64,000 nucleotides of DNA from Heptranchias perlo (Eukaryota), in contig NC_090330.1 of NCBI RefSeq assembly GCF_035084215.1, forward strand, positions 42,904,001-42,968,000, in the 5' to 3' direction. The notes under the pieces are model-generated. The model worked only from the letters and a program-made list of their open reading frames with translations, ran no database searches and was not told the origin of the DNA. Positions 1 through 13,202 of the stretch are shown here, one piece after another. Each line of letters begins with the position of its first letter. Positions within the stretch are counted from its first letter, which is position 1. Both the position numbers and the translations under genes were made by a program.

Positions 1-469
1 GCAACAGCAGAATTTCACTGTCTGTTCTCACACAAATCGCCAGTAACTCACTAGGAAGTTTTAATGAATTAGCCCCAGATTTCAGAAACATGTGTCATTT
101 ATGGATCTTCCATATGGTGCTTCCTGCTGTCTCATGTTAACTTTCTCACATCTCCTACTTTAAAACTTAATATGATGATGGTGCTGCATGTTGATGCTCC
201 AATCATCCACTGCACAACAGAGTGGCAGAGCATGGGTTAGGTCCATGATCCCCAGCATGGTGAGTTCTAAATCACAGCTAGGTGCTGTGTGGACGGCAGT
301 TGATCCCTTATGAGGAAGAAAAAAGTCAGCGGGCCATTCTTGCTATTAGCAGCTAGTTACAGATTGATAATGGTAGAGGCCTGGTACAAGTTGCCCTGTC
401 CGTCTAGTTGATGGGGAAATGGTGCATAAATTAGAGAGAGACAAAAAAAATAAGATGAGACCAGCTTGT

Positions 470-975
470 CTGGTGGCTTATCTGGTTATGGTAGTGAACA
501 AATGAGACATGGACCAGGATGGTCCCAGGTTTTATACCCTGTGTGTGCTGAATTGGCTGATCTCAGCAGGGCAGCAGAAGGTGCGTTACAATTGGACTTA
601 GCATGCCTTGGGATGTTTTACTGTTAAAGGTGCTATATAAATGCTTGTTGTTGTGTTAAGGTTGACAAAAAATTACCCAGGTTCTTCCTCATGATCATTT
701 TCCATAGACCCATTTTTGAAAACTACTGCCTTAAAATACAGGGGAAGTAAGACATTACAGGTGCACTTAAGTGTGAGGAGGGGTACTAATTAACAATTGA
801 ATCCAATCTATTTGTGGACATCCGGAGTGAGGACAGAATCAGGCTCGGTTGTGATGCTTCATGTTGAATAGCCTGATGAAGATCCCTGCTTTGGCTCACA
901 CAAGAGTAGTAGCTACTTAGATGAGGTACCTGAGGGCACCTGGTATCTGGGTAACCATACCTCAGCCAAGGAGAT
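470..975 (+). mobile_element. Degraded tRNA-SINE-like repeat with a short L2-type tail inserted (~612-655)
   Basis: Eroded A-box-like GGTGGCTTATCTGG at ~471 followed by a SINE-like body. Embedded GGGATGTTTTACTGTTAAAGGTGCTATATAAATGC..TTGTTG resembles L2-group 3' tails. Recognised by resemblance only. Confidence 0.35.
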
Positions 976-1321
976 ATTTCCTTCAGGAAAAGAAGAGGAT
1001 GAGAGGGGAGAAAATGGTGAAAAAGGAGGAGAAAAGATATTTTTTAAAATTGGACTAAAAAATGGTCTTTTAAAAAAAGTAATGAAACCCTTGCTCAAGC
1101 ATTATCTCCTGGAAAATGTGCTAAAATCACAGCAAATTGGTTGCTGTCATGAAATGTTCAAATGAAAGTGTGGAGATATCACCCGTTATGTACTTAATGT
1201 GATAAGGAACAAAATGTGATGATTCCCTGGAACTGAAATAGCAAGTATAGTTTATGATGATAGAATCACAGTCAGCTAATTTCTCACAACAACTTTGTGT
1301 CCAAAAACCAAAGTTTTAAAA

Positions 1322-1660
1322 TATTTATATAATGTTCTTCATGTAAAAGTATGTCCCCTTTACCAAGGAGGGAGATGGATTCCAAGCAGGACGTAAAGTA
1401 ATTGGGGGAGGAGCAGGAACCAAAGGTTGATCAATAAGATAGGCTTTTAGTTTTTTGAAGGCAGAAAGAGAGGTGGTAAGGCAAAGTAGATTTGGAAGAT
1501 AGTTCCAGAAGGTTGGTGCATACTGGTTAAAATCTAATAGTGAAGCAGAGGGGTCAGGGGACAAGTATTAATCTGGGGTCAGAGGATGCTGGAAAAGATT
1601 TCCCAAATAGGATGGGCAAGGTCATGGAAAATGAGTGAGGATTTTGAAGTGAATTTGCTG
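1322..1660 (-). mobile_element. L2-clade LINE 3' fragment
   Basis: Minus ORF 1325-1564 contains FNQYAPTFWNYLPNL...SLSAFKKLKAYL, matching the L2 ORF2 C-terminal pattern (AP.LWN.LP...SL..FK..LK). Confidence 0.6.
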
Positions 1661-2114
1661 TTCCCAATGTTCAGCCAATTGGAATACCATTAATTGAAGT
1701 TTAACCTGGCCAAACTTTCAAAGTGTTTATTGGGCTAACACAGGAAGTGCAAAGTGTCTCAAGAGATAACCTAATGGCAGTTTAAACAAATAGATGTGAG
1801 GAAACAAGTTATCTCAACATTAGTGGCCTGAGGGATATACATTGGAGTTTGCAATGTGGTGAGGCCACTTAAAGAAATGGTTTTGTGCCAATAACTCTGC
1901 ACATTGACTGTTGAATTATTGAACATATGGGACTCTCATGCCCATAATTTGCAACTCCCCCAAACATGCTGAGACTTCCAGAGTTGATCTGAGGTCCACA
2001 ACTCTTACAATGTTAATGACATCCATGCAATGGCCAGATCAGCGGTGAAAATATATATTTTTTAATGGAACAATTCACAATGTTTGCTACTCCTTGAAGG
2101 TATGTAGTCATGAT

Positions 2115-2689
2115 GGGTCGGAAATTGCAGTTCATTCACAAACAGCGCAGACTAAAAACCCGGATGTACTCGATAAGATATTATAAAATGACAGAGAAAG
2201 TGAAATAAATAGAGGATAAGATTAAAAGACTCAGATAAAAGAGACAAGGAAAAAGTAAAAAAGAAATATTTTTAAATTTTATAATTAATTTTTAAAAAAA
2301 TGTCCAAAAGCGATTAAAATCAGGAGTAATGAGACTCCACATTTTTAAAAGTTAATTTTTAATGCCAGAGAGGTTGTTTGGCAGACATTAAGACTTACCA
2401 TGCTGTTAAAACTTAGTTTAGACTTAAAAAAACTGAGCATACCTGTTTTGTGGCGAGATTAGTTCGTTTCCACCTGGGCAGGAGAGCAAGTTGGCGCTGG
2501 TCCATTGATTCCATTGATTGCAGCCAGTGATATCCCTTTCAGGCGAAGCTGTCACATTGCCGACAAACAAGGTAGAGCAATTTCCAGATTTCCGTGTTTA
2601 ACTATGCATGTGCGGTTGCAGGAACTTGCTCCTCGATTTCGCCCGTAATAACAGTGAGTGCTGTTAGGCTATTAAGCAATTTCTGGGCC
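2115..2689. mobile_element. Non-autonomous DNA transposon (Harbinger-type MITE); same family as 63061-63720 in opposite orientation
   Basis: TIRs GGGTCGGAAATTGC / GCAATTTCTGGGCC. The reverse complement of 2580-2689 (GAAATCGAGGAGCAAGTTCC) matches 63061-63190. Confidence 0.65.
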
Positions 2690-3038
2690 AATTTTGAAGT
2701 AAATGAAATTCTGAAATTAAGTCTGCCAAACATTTCTTTCAATAAGCTTACTGAAATGTTTGGTGATCTGGCAGAAAAAAGGACTAGATTCTGAATTTTG
2801 CCCCAGGTCCACCATTGTACGTCCTTCCTGTCATACATAGTCTAGGACTTACAGAATAGCACTATTGTGTGGATTTACACTAAAAAGGCTGGACACCACT
2901 AAGGGGCAGCATTCACAGATAAATAAATCTTAGCATTAGGGTTTCATAAAAATATAACATTCAGATTTCAAGGGATCACTACATTCAAAACTGTTGCTGT
3001 ACTTCTCACTTGCAGATATTTGTCCTGGTGAATTCAAA

Positions 3039-4105
3039 GGCCCTGGAATTCTATGCCATTTTTGCCATATCTTCAGTGCAAAATTGGGGCAACTACTTTT
3101 TACGACTAGTAAAACGGGACTGGAAGCTGTCTCCGTCAGTTATTTTCCCCTCAAAATCAATCCCCCCGAATTTTTGCATGCATTTTGTGATCCCTGCAAT
3201 CTCTCGCTGAGTCTCCAGCCACCTAATTAACATATTATAATGAGGGTCAGTGGCTGCCGCCCTAAATTTTCTGTTTAACTATCGCAATGCATTAGAGGTA
3301 AGTTAGAATGAAAAATATAATGCACGGCTGATGCTGGGATCAGCTTAGACTGATGGAAGTAAGGAGTTTTTGAACCTGAACATTGCTGAAAGTTTAAGAT
3401 GCAATTACTGCAGCTGAGAACAACTTTTTTGATCCTTTTTTGTGCATTAAGTATAGATAGCATTGGACTTTGCTTCTGACTGTCCAAGGGAGTGTGTGGC
3501 CGCCAGGAGATTTTGCCCACCCCACACCCACAGAAAAGGCTTCCCAGGGCCAGATATGGCATTACTTTATGGACATACCTTTGTATGCCACTATCATGAG
3601 GGAGGAGCAGAAAAGGATGGAGGAAAGGAGTGAGGTAGCATTTAAGCAGGATGAACTCCACCATATATTACACCCTCCAAAGAATATACAAGCAACACAG
3701 GTCCTTTGAGAACCTTAGTGAGGAGATGTGTGTCGGAAGTGTGCTTCATCAAAGAGACAATAAGGGAGCTCTGGAACCTACTGCATGAGGGCTTACAGCC
3801 ACGGTCCTCTGCCTGCACTGTCCTGCCTATGGTTATGAAGGTGACAACCACACTCAACTTTTCAGGCATTGCGTCATTTCAGGCTACCACAGGGGATCTC
3901 TGTAATATCAGCCAGGATGTAATATGGGCATGTATTCTAAAGGTGACTGATAATCTCTTCAGGAGAGCTGGAGAATTCATCCAGTTTGGCATCATCAGAA
4001 ACAATGAGATAGGGCTATCAGATTTCCTGGGATTGTTGGCTTTCCCAAGGTCCGGGCCGCAGTAAACCCCCTCAAATTCTTCATCAGTAAGAGCTTCCAA
4101 TCCCT
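3039..4105 (+). mobile_element. Internally deleted PIF/Harbinger transposon with a Harbi1-like nuclease N-terminal remnant
   Basis: ORF 3706-4065 reads VLPMVMKVTTTLNFSGIASFQATTGDLCNISQDVIWACILKVTDNL, the Harbi1 HTH region. Weak TIRs GGCCCTGGAATTCT / AGAGCTTCCAATCCC. Confidence 0.7.
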
Positions 4106-4224
4106 GAATATACAAATTGTATGTAACATGTCAATGCAACGTCCAATGCTGGAAGTTGCCATGATGCATTCATCTTTCAGAATTTAACATTCTCTGAGCT
4201 CCACAAGAAAGAAAATCATGTCAA

Positions 4225-4712
4225 TGGATAGCATCCATGATCTTATTATGGACAATTACATTGACGTCATGGCTTTGACGTAAACTTGGCTCATGGGTGA
4301 TAACACCTTGCCCTTTACTGAAGTCCCCTTGCCTAGCCTTACTTTCTACATCTGCCCCACCACTCTGGTGGTGTGACATATTGGTATCTCCCCCTATTTC
4401 TCTAGAACTTTCTCCTCCTTCGAGCACCACACTTTGTTCCACGCCTCTCGCCTTTTCTTTAAAATCCTCATTCTCTATCTCCCCAAGCCCCACCCTGAGT
4501 TTCTCACTGAGATAACTTCCCTACTATCTTCCCTCAACCTTTGCACTGAGCGACTTCTCTTCTTCGATGATTTCAATCTTCACCTGAACTCACCTTGCCC
4601 TCTCTCCTCAGAATTCACTGCTTTCCTTTCCTCCTTTAACCTGTCCCTCCATATAAACGCTCCTACCCATATTCACAGCCACCCCCTTGCCATCTCGGGT
4701 GGACTGTCTACT
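4225..4712 (+). mobile_element. L2-group LINE endonuclease (APE) fragment
   Basis: IHDLIMDNYIDVMALT*TWL and EFLTEITSLLSSL...LLFFDDFNLHLN are decayed APE motifs (ETWL and GDFN). Confidence 0.65.
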
Positions 4713-4814
4713 CCCATGGGGGGGTGAAATTCAACTTTGGCAGGGCTGCAAGTTGGGTGGTAGTGGATCAGCTGCCCATTATATGCCCCACTCTATTTTT
4801 CTATCCACTGATTG

Positions 4815-5200
4815 CAAGTAAGCATCATGACCCTCAATACTCCTCACCCAAATCTCTTGGGAGAGGTAAACAACCAGGGGAAAAAAATCCTAGGCTAATT
4901 CAGGGAAAAAAGAATTCTGGGAAATTTTTCCTCAACTCCTGAATGTGATCAAAAACGAGCTCCAGGAGATAATAGTGGCCACAAAGTACATCACCCAACA
5001 TCCCACCTACTTTTTGTATAGAGCGATATCAACTTCCTCCAGATCCCTTTTGAACGTTTGCAGTGAACCTGCACTCACTGCACGAGCCGGCATCTTATTC
5101 CAAATGTCTATGACCCTCTGTGAAAAGAATAATCCCTGGACATCTAATCTAGTTCTATGCTTACATAACTCATATGCACGTCCCCTTGTTCTCCCTAACG
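4815..5200 (-). mobile_element. CR1 LINE 3' fragment
   Basis: ORF 5007-5249(-) contains RTRGRAYEL...FFSQRVIDIWNKMP..AVSAGSLQTFKRDL, the CR1 ORF2 C-terminus. Confidence 0.7.
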
Positions 5201-5291
5201 CCAGGACAGACCCACCTCTTTTTCGGTAGCTGACAAAAAAACTGCACAAATGAGCACTGTCATCAGGACGGTCTGCAAGAAATAGAGATAA

Positions 5292-5390
5292 TGGGGTAGA
5301 TTTTCAACTTGCCACCCAGGTGTAAAACTGGCATTGCAGATTGGTCGCCCGTTATAGAAACCGTCCGATTTTCATTTCCATTCATTTCTT
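5292..5390. mobile_element. Half of a short palindromic Harbinger-type MITE
   Basis: GGGGTAGATTTTCAACT...CCGATTTTCATTTCCATT resembles the left arm of the MITE at 19710. Related pieces lie at ~4722-4810 and ~13945-14052. Confidence 0.45.
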
Positions 5391-6091
5391 TGAGGGATGT
5401 TCCAAGGATGCGAGCAGAGAAATAAAAAAGGTATACCGATGATGTTATAAATTAAATTATCCACAATTCGGCTTCGAGAACTAAAACATCACTTTGTGTG
5501 GAATTTTCTATACATATTCCTACTAGTTGAAAATTGGCACTTATATCAATTGATTTCCATCTGTTGTTATTATTGAAATGAATGCAGTCCAAATACATTC
5601 TTAACATTTAGTTATGACTAATAACTTGGTTAAAGAGCTGCCAAAACATAAAAATAATACTGAATTACAGTATTAAACGAAAACCTCTTGGCAATGGGTA
5701 ACGTGAGTCCAAGGACCTTTGTTTTGCTAAAGTGATGTCTACCGTAGATGTTTCCCAAATTATGGGATCCAAATTCTTTTATCCTGGGGTAAATTATTTT
5801 GTTAACCTACTACCAAAGGTTTGGAGGGAGGGGCATAGATGAGTGTGGTCAGCACCTGTACACACTTCTTTGGGAAGAGTTTTACAGCCTTCTAACAATT
5901 TCAGGATTTTATTTTGCATTTTAACCTATTAAATAATTTTGAGATACATTTATGTAATTTTGTTAAAATATATGACAGTATTACAGTAAAAGCAGTACAT
6001 ACATTTGCTAGACAAATCCTGTAAGCTCTGTAACTACTTATGTCAAAATTTTGTTACTTTAGAACATCAGTTTCTGTGTTTCATCATAATT

Positions 6092-6160
6092 CAGGGGTGT
6101 CAAACGTATGGGTGGTGGGCTCGATCCAGCTTGAGGAACAGTTTCACCTGGCCTGCAGAG
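6092..6160 (+). mobile_element. Possible hAT (Charlie-like) left terminus
   Basis: CAGGGGTGTCAAAC terminal motif followed by a decayed GGGC..GATCC.GC subterminal motif. No matching right end found. Confidence 0.3.
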
Positions 6161-6247
6161 TTCCCATGAATCTTCATTTTTTTAATTAGCTTGTTGGGGT
6201 GGCACTCCTGGCTAAGTATGCTGGATGAGTTTTATAACCCGTTGAAA

Positions 6248-7400
6248 TCAAGGCAGCATTTGACCGACTATGGCACCAAAGAGCCCTAGTAAAATTGAAG
6301 TCAATGGGAATCGGGGGAAAACTCTCCAGTGGCTGAAGTCATATATAGCACAAAGGAAGATGGTAGTGGTTGTTGGAGGCCAATCATCTCAGCCATAGGA
6401 CATTGCTGCAGGAGTTCCTCAGGGCAGTGTCCTAGGCCCAACCATCTTCAGTTGCTTCATCAATGACCTTCCCTCCATCATAAGTTCAGAAATGGGGACG
6501 TTTGCTGATGATTGCACAGTGTTCAGTTTCATTCTCAATCCCTCAGATAATGAAGCAGTCCGTGCCCACATGCAGCAAGACCTGGACAACATCCAGGCGT
6601 GGGCTGAAAACTGGCAAGTAACATTCGCGCCAGACAAGTGCCAGGCAATGACCATCTCCAACAAGAGAGAGTCTAACCACCTCCCCTTGACATTCAACGA
6701 CATTGCCATCGCCGAATCCCCCACCATCAACATCCTGGGGGTCACCATTGACCAGAAACTTAACTGGACCAGCCATATAAATACTGTGGCTACGAGAGCA
6801 GGTCAGAGGCTGGGTATTCTGCGGCGAGTGACTCACCTCCTGACTCCCCAAAGCCTTTCCACCATCAATAAGGCACAAGTCAGGAGTGTGATGGAATACT
6901 CTCCACTTGCCTGGATGAGTGCAGCTCCAACAACACTCAAGAAGCTCGACACCATCCAAGACAAAGCAGCCTGCTTGATTGGCACCCCATCCACCACCCT
7001 AAACATTCACTCCCTTCACCACCGGCGCACTGTGGCTGCAGTGTGTACCATCTACAAGATGCACTGCAGCAACTCGCCAAGGCTTCTTCGACAGCACCTC
7101 CCAAACCCGCGACCTCTACCACCCAGAAGGACAAGGGCAGCAGGCACATGGGAACAACACCACCTGCACGTTCCCCTCCAAGTCACAAACCATCCCGACT
7201 TGGAAATATATCACCGTTCCCTCATCGTTGCTGGGTCGAAATCCTGGAACTCCCTATCTAACAGCACTGTGGGAGAACCTTCACCACACGGACTGCAGTG
7301 GGTCAAGAAGGCGGCTCACCACCACCTTCTCAAGGGCAATTAGGGATGGGCAATAAATGCTGGCCTTGCCAGTGACGTCCATGTCCCATGAACGAATTTT
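6248..7400 (+). mobile_element. 5'-truncated APE-RT LINE (CR1/L2 group), same family as the tRNA-headed element at 49112-52373
   Basis: RT motifs [20 protein letters not shown] and FADD; ORF 6492-7343 ends SWNSL...AAHHHLLKGN*. 3' tail AATAAATGCTGGCCTTGCCAG..CCCATGAACGAAT. Confidence 0.92.
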
Positions 7401-9144
7401 TTTTAAAATCACTTACGCTTCCCACCCCACCCACCACCCCCACCCCCCCCGCCTCCCCACCCCGGCCCCGCACATCTAATAGCATATTGCCAAGGGATGG
7501 CAATCATGTCTGTCACTGTTTGTTTGACCCAATTTTTCAACATCTCGTATCATTGATCACTTCTTGCAGCACGTTTCAACATTTTTCTTAATACGGATCC
7601 CTGATTTTCAAGTTCTACAGTGACAAGCAGCCTTTATATCTTTACCCGAGACGAGAAAGATAGATCAAGAGTGCCGTGCGTTTCAAGGGAAATGAAGAAT
7701 TTTATATTTCTTGGACGTGAATGGAAGTGTATAACATACATGTATCTCAATTTCTGTTTTGATCTGGCACATGCTTTTACCAGTGTGCTAAATTTTTATA
7801 TCTTACCTGTTTTAAATCGTAGGGTCAGATGTGGGTATTGTGATCAAGATAGTAAAGGTTGTCCAGGAGCTGTTCGAATACAGGTGGGTGAGACAGAAAA
7901 TGGCGGGAACTTGGTGCTGAGAAGGGAGGGGACAGTGGAACTCTGAGACCTGGAGTAAGTGGGGGTCGGGTCTGAGTCTAACACCTGGCCAGCAGCAGTT
8001 GGAAAGACGTGATACACAGCAAGCAGCCGATGGAAATACCAGGACCTTGGAGAGAGTTGGTTGAGGTTGTGGCATGGGAGTACTTGTTGGGTTTGGGGTT
8101 TGGGAGAGCTGGAGTCTGAGGTTTGGGAGCATGTGGAGGAGACCTTGGAGATCTCAGGAGGGGACTTGGGGCCTGGGAGTCCTTAGTAGAGTGTGGGCTC
8201 TGCACACACTTTGGGAGGGGGTTGGAGTTTTGCAGCACTCTGCACTGTTGCTTCACTATCTCGAACAGTCTACCTTGTTGGTACTGTCTTTAGTTTATAT
8301 ATTTTTGTTCATAAAATATCAAATATATGAAAACTTGTCTGAAAGGTGGACCCTCACAGAGCCCCAGGTTTGCAGTGCAGTATAATGGGAGTGGATTTTT
8401 AAAACAATTAAAACAAAAAATAAATCAATTAGCAATCAGTGTGATTACTGACGATGCCAAAACATCTCTTTTAAACAAAAGATGTTTTTTTAATGCAATC
8501 CTTTACAAAAATGTAAAGTGAAAAATATCTCGTTATCTTTAAAGCAGGTCAGAGCAAGATTGCAATCAGAAAGTGTGAGTGGCTGGGCACAGTGTGAAAT
8601 CACAGAGCTATAACTCACCATTGGAGGCCCTGCATATCACTGAGATCATGTTTGTGGAGAGGCCTGAAAGGTCACAAAAAATATTGGGGCGCAAAGCCCA
8701 GGTATTCAAGCTCCTCAAGCAAAGAAGAAGGCAAGTCTGAGGTCACTAAAAGATGGGCAGATATATTTGAGAAAATATTTTCGAGGCATTTCTGACATGA
8801 AATATCTGTTTAATGATTTTTCTTAAAATTGCTTCTTTTTATGTTATTATGTTGTTATTACATTTTTGGATCTTTTTAAAACTTCTTACTCTAGATTATT
8901 TCAACACTTGTATCTTGGATCTCATGGCTGAGTCCCAACTCCCTAAACCTTTGCAAGTCTTTGCCTTGAGAACTAGGTAAGCATTTAGTAATCTAGGTAA
9001 ATAGTGCAAGATGCCCAGTTAGAGCCAACCTTAACCAGGACACAGTGAAGGGTTAGTTGTATAAGTGTTGCTTTAAAAGGGTGAAGCGTGTGCTGGTGCC
9101 CAGGGTCGGCAAGGAAGAGAAGGAGAGGGTGCCCAATGTGTTAC

Positions 9145-9652
9145 CTTGCCAGCCCTGGTGGAGTTGTAGAACTTTTTGTGGCACTGTTCCGTGGTCCTGG
9201 GGGTGAGGGCATTGCCACTCAGTGCCAATGTTGCTTCCCTCTGGGCAGCATGATTTACATATCTGGGAGGCTTGTTGGCACCTACACCCAGGAGTCTGTG
9301 CCTTTGATTTCTTTGAGGAGGGCCTGGCGGTCTGAATCAGTGACATTCTGCATTCTTCTTCTCTGGCTTAATGTTGTGATGGTGTCTGCTTAGTCATAAT
9401 TCTGTATAATAAAAATGTTCCAAAGACACGGAATGAAGCTATTAGAGAATGAAATTAAAGAGCCAAGCACCATTCCTCTCTTTCCTGTTTGTACCCCAGT
9501 CTGCTGCTGAAGAGAGCAGGCCGAACTGTCTTTTTAAAGGCCGCACAGAGGTTACCAGTTGTTCAGCTGCTTACATCCAGGGCGGTGTGTATACCAGGCG
9601 GACAATCCGCTACCGCCCATTTTACATCCCCGCCGAAGTTGAATGCTTCCCC
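9145..9652 (-). mobile_element. Harbinger terminus with a decayed Myb/SANT-like gene (exon 1 at ~9145-9370)
   Basis: Minus strand, one frameshift: RRMQNVTDSDRQALLKEIK / ...PRTTEQCHKKFYNSTRAGK, then a GTAAC donor. Upstream TTTAAA box; MITE-like end GAAGTTGAATGCTTCCCC at ~9652. Confidence 0.6.
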
Positions 9653-9654
9653 CA

Positions 9655-9965
9655 TGGTGTCCGTGATGCTGTATACAGGTATGAACTGCAGACTGGCTTA
9701 TATGCCAGATGTCTCCTGCAGTGACCTGAAAAGATCCTCTTTGTATAGAGGCTTAATACTGTTGGGAAGCTATGGGAAGAGACATCCCAGTTATTGAAGT
9801 CGTTTATAAGTGAGCCTACAACGGTTAGCTTAACTTAGTCATTGCCTCTGCAAAGACAGGTCTCCTTTGACATACCCAGGTAGACATGGTCTGCAGTCTT
9901 CTGCTGTTGACTGCAGTGAATATTCCATCCGAGGTGTCTTTGGCTCTGAACATATTGTCCCCTCC
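9655..9965 (-). pseudogene. Decayed Harbi1-like Harbinger nuclease fragment
   Basis: Minus-strand translation gives YLGMSKETCL and GSFQVTAGDIWHISQSAVHTCIQ, the same motif as the other Harbi remnants here. Not in the ORF track. Confidence 0.65.
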
Positions 9966-11392
9966 TGAATTGGTCCTTATCCAATTCATAAATTACTGTT
10001 AGATACAATTTAAATTATAGCAGAAATTTCTAATAGTTCAGGAAAGTCTTGCTCAGCAAGATAAACCATTAGCAAGGGGGCCTAAATACAGATAGAAAAA
10101 TTACACTTCAAAACTAACGAAGCATTGGCGACCCTGCATTGGTAACCATTAAAGCAAAGTAGCCCAGACTCATTGAGCTGTCATGTGCCTAATTTGTATG
10201 GGAAAGGTGCATGTTGGGGGCAGAAGGTACAACATATACCTTGCCCATAGAAATTCAGTGTTGGACCTGATTTAAATAATTATTAAATAATTTAATTATG
10301 TAAATTTGGGTTTGTCTTGCCTGTAGTGCTCCCTCCTTTCTCCCCCAAAATTGCATCTCACAAAATTGGCTGCATCACAATCAGGCCCTTGAAGTTGGGG
10401 GCCCAATTTTCCAACTCAGCCTGCCAACAGTAAGGCTCCTGAGCTCCAATTGGGAAATACCTTAAGGTGATGCCACTTTGTAATCATTTCCCAGAAAGGT
10501 ACAAATAGAGGCAGACACAAGAGTAAAACTCATTGTATGCACTCCTGCCACATTTGACTGGGGTAGTTGATCTATTTTAGCATTGTTCTTAATGTGGAAC
10601 CAAGTTATCTGACTGGTAGTTCACTTCATTATGACATGTAATCAGAATTTAAGGGCACCTTGCAACCAGTTAGGTTTCAGTATTCAAAGGAGGTCATATT
10701 GCATTATTATTAATGCAGACCTGCAAGTCTGACACATTTCTACTAACTAATTGCATTTCATGTAAACGTCACTAGTAGAAGTCTATTTCCACAAAGTATG
10801 ATGAGATTATTAAGCAATGTCTTTTATAAACATCTGATTAGACTCCTGGCACAAATATAAGAAAGTCATAACAGAAATTAATTAGGCAGGTTGGTAACTT
10901 TGGCTTTTCAAGCACTATCATCCGATATTCAGAAAAAGCCTGGCAAAAAGTCCAAATAGACAGATTTCTGCATTTATACTAAGTATTTGTATATTTGTAT
11001 TTCTCTTTGTGTTGATGCAGGTTTAAATTACTGACATATGTCTCCTTGGTTTCAAATTGGCACTTTACTATATTGATTAATTCTGACCTTTCTGCAGTTT
11101 CTTATTTTTCTCATTAAATGTGGATTTAAACTAAATATTACTGATATGTAACGATAATTGGCTGCAGCAGAAATTGATTGATTGTTCAGGACTTACAAAT
11201 GTAGTTAAACATTCCTGACTATTTATAATATTTTCATGACTAAACAGTCATTTTTTTAACAAAGTCATATAGGTGAAAATTGTTGAGGTATAGTGTGTCA
11301 AACGTTGACTGTACTGAATTGGCTATAGACATATTCAGACTACTGCTCCTCACGTAGAGATTTACTGAGTTGTAAATCTTATTGAAAATCTT

Positions 11393-12037
11393 GGGACCTA
11401 AATTCTTTGGCTGGTCTGGTGGACTCCTGCTGTAACTTCGGCAGGAGTCTGCTGGAACGGCAACAAACACCAATGGAGCCTTGATATGCTTGGTTCCGGC
11501 TTAACTGGACAATTTCCCTGGGCCCTAGTAAGGGATGGAATCTCTGTTGCTCCTTGCAAGGGTACCCATGTCAGAGGGGGCAGGACTCTCTATTCTGGGA
11601 ATTCCTGCATTCTCAGTCTCACAGGATCCAGCATAAGGTTAGAGGCCTGTACACAAAGTGAGAAGAGGCATAATTGCCTTCTGAAGAGTGGAAGTGGACC
11701 TCATGGGAGAGGGGTTGTTCTGACTAGGATTGCGGCCTGAATCCCAACGATGGAAGGTGAATGTTTTTTAAAATTATGTTACTGCGGCCCCCTTGAGAGA
11801 TTTTCTGTGTTTTTAGTAGCCCCAACACTGCATGGACTGGGCAATCCCACCGGATTTCCCAGTAGCTTGGAGTGGGTGCCCGAGGTGCACCCACAGTGGT
11901 GCAGTGTCTGCCGACCCCATGCTAATTAGGTGCCTTCCCCTAACCCCACGTACTGAGGTGTGGTCATTGCTGGAGAGGACTGTGGACACAGTTCTGATGT
12001 AAGCAGATGAAACATGGCCCATAGGAATTTGGGACCC
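11393..12037. mobile_element. Harbinger-type MITE
   Basis: TIRs GGGACCTAAATTCTTTGG / CCATAGGAATTTGGGACCC. Confidence 0.55.
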
Positions 12038-12948
12038 TTATGTCTGCCCGCACTTCCTGTCTGCACAGCTTTCTTTTGTCACACGTTTTGAGTCACCTTT
12101 TTCTCATTAGAAATTCCTATGTCTACATTTACAATGCATTTTGCCTATGTAAACTTGTTATTCTGATTGTGTAATTTGGCCACTGGGTTGCTACAAATTG
12201 CTTCCTGAAATGTTGTTCTGCTGCCATTTTTTTCTCAGGAATTGAAATTTCTTACGTCCAAAATTAGGGCTTAAACAATATTTAAAAATACATATTTCAT
12301 AGTAATATCATTAAATTTATCAAATGAGTTGCCTTTTATATCTTTTAATTCCTTTGTTAACATCATTACTTATAGGCTTCAACTTCTCCCAAAAACCTGT
12401 GTTTGGACTTGATATTTTGCTTCGGGCTCAGACACTGTAGCTGAATTTGGTTTGTGCAATCTGAGCATGTGAAGTGCACCCAATTTCCTAGTATACAGCA
12501 GTATTGACCAGTCAGCTGTACTCATGGAATACATTTTCCTAGTTTCTAGCAGTTTCTGGTCAAATGTTTATCAAAATTATTTGAAGAAAAGCTACTGGAG
12601 AAATTTCAAAATCTTTATTCAGGTGAATATTATATTGAGTGTTTCTTTTTAAACAGAGAGGCTGTGTGTGTGTGTTTTTTAGTAGGGAACCTGTGTTTTA
12701 ATTTTTTTTAAATGGAGAACCTTTTTGTGAGTGTGAGTGAGGGGAAAAAAGAGACTAGGGATTACTGACTCAGTGTAGTTTTGCTTGCGTTGTATAAATT
12801 TCAGAAAGTGCATTATGTTCAGAAAGAATCATTTGTCTGAAATTCCTGTGTTTTTTTCGGGTAGGGCGTAAACCTTATCTTTAGCATCTTTTAATCTTTA
12901 GCAAAGAGCAGAACTCTTTCCAGACTGATAGCATTAATGCAATTATAA

Positions 12949-13100
12949 GGGCCAAGAAATTTCTCAGAGCTGCTTTTGCTCTGCCGGCATTATTTCGGCA
13001 GAAGTGCAGTCCTGTTTACGCATGTAAGCGGGGTTTCCGCCACTCTTCCAGTGAAGTAACGCCATCAAAGTAGGTGCAGCTCCGAGGAATTTCCTAGCCA
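12949..13100. mobile_element. Short palindromic MITE
   Basis: GGCCAAGAAATTTCTCAGAGCTGC pairs with GCAGCTCCGAGGAATTTCCTAGCC; preceded by TAA. Confidence 0.6.
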
Positions 13101-13144
13101 AGGTGTTTCTATACCTTTCTGCTCTGTTGTTGGAATGTATATAC

Positions 13145-13202
13145 GGTGCGGACACGATGGGCCGAAGGGCCTCTATCCGTGCTGTATAACTCTATGACTC
13201 TA
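13145..13202 (+). mobile_element. CR1-type 3' tail fragment
   Basis: GACACGATGGGCCGAAGGGCCT..GTGCTGTATAACTCTATGACTCTA: stem-loop plus short tandem tail, like the CR1 ends at ~22300 and ~45125. Confidence 0.65.

Noticed and set aside
6419-6959. Antisense ORFs over the LINE copies (also 49648-50137 and 62024-62440)
   Set aside because: Shadow frames of the RT coding strand; their recurrence reflects copy identity, not independent genes.
9449-9797. Plus-strand ORFs as host exons
   Set aside because: Explained by a transposon terminus and the antisense strand of a Harbi remnant.
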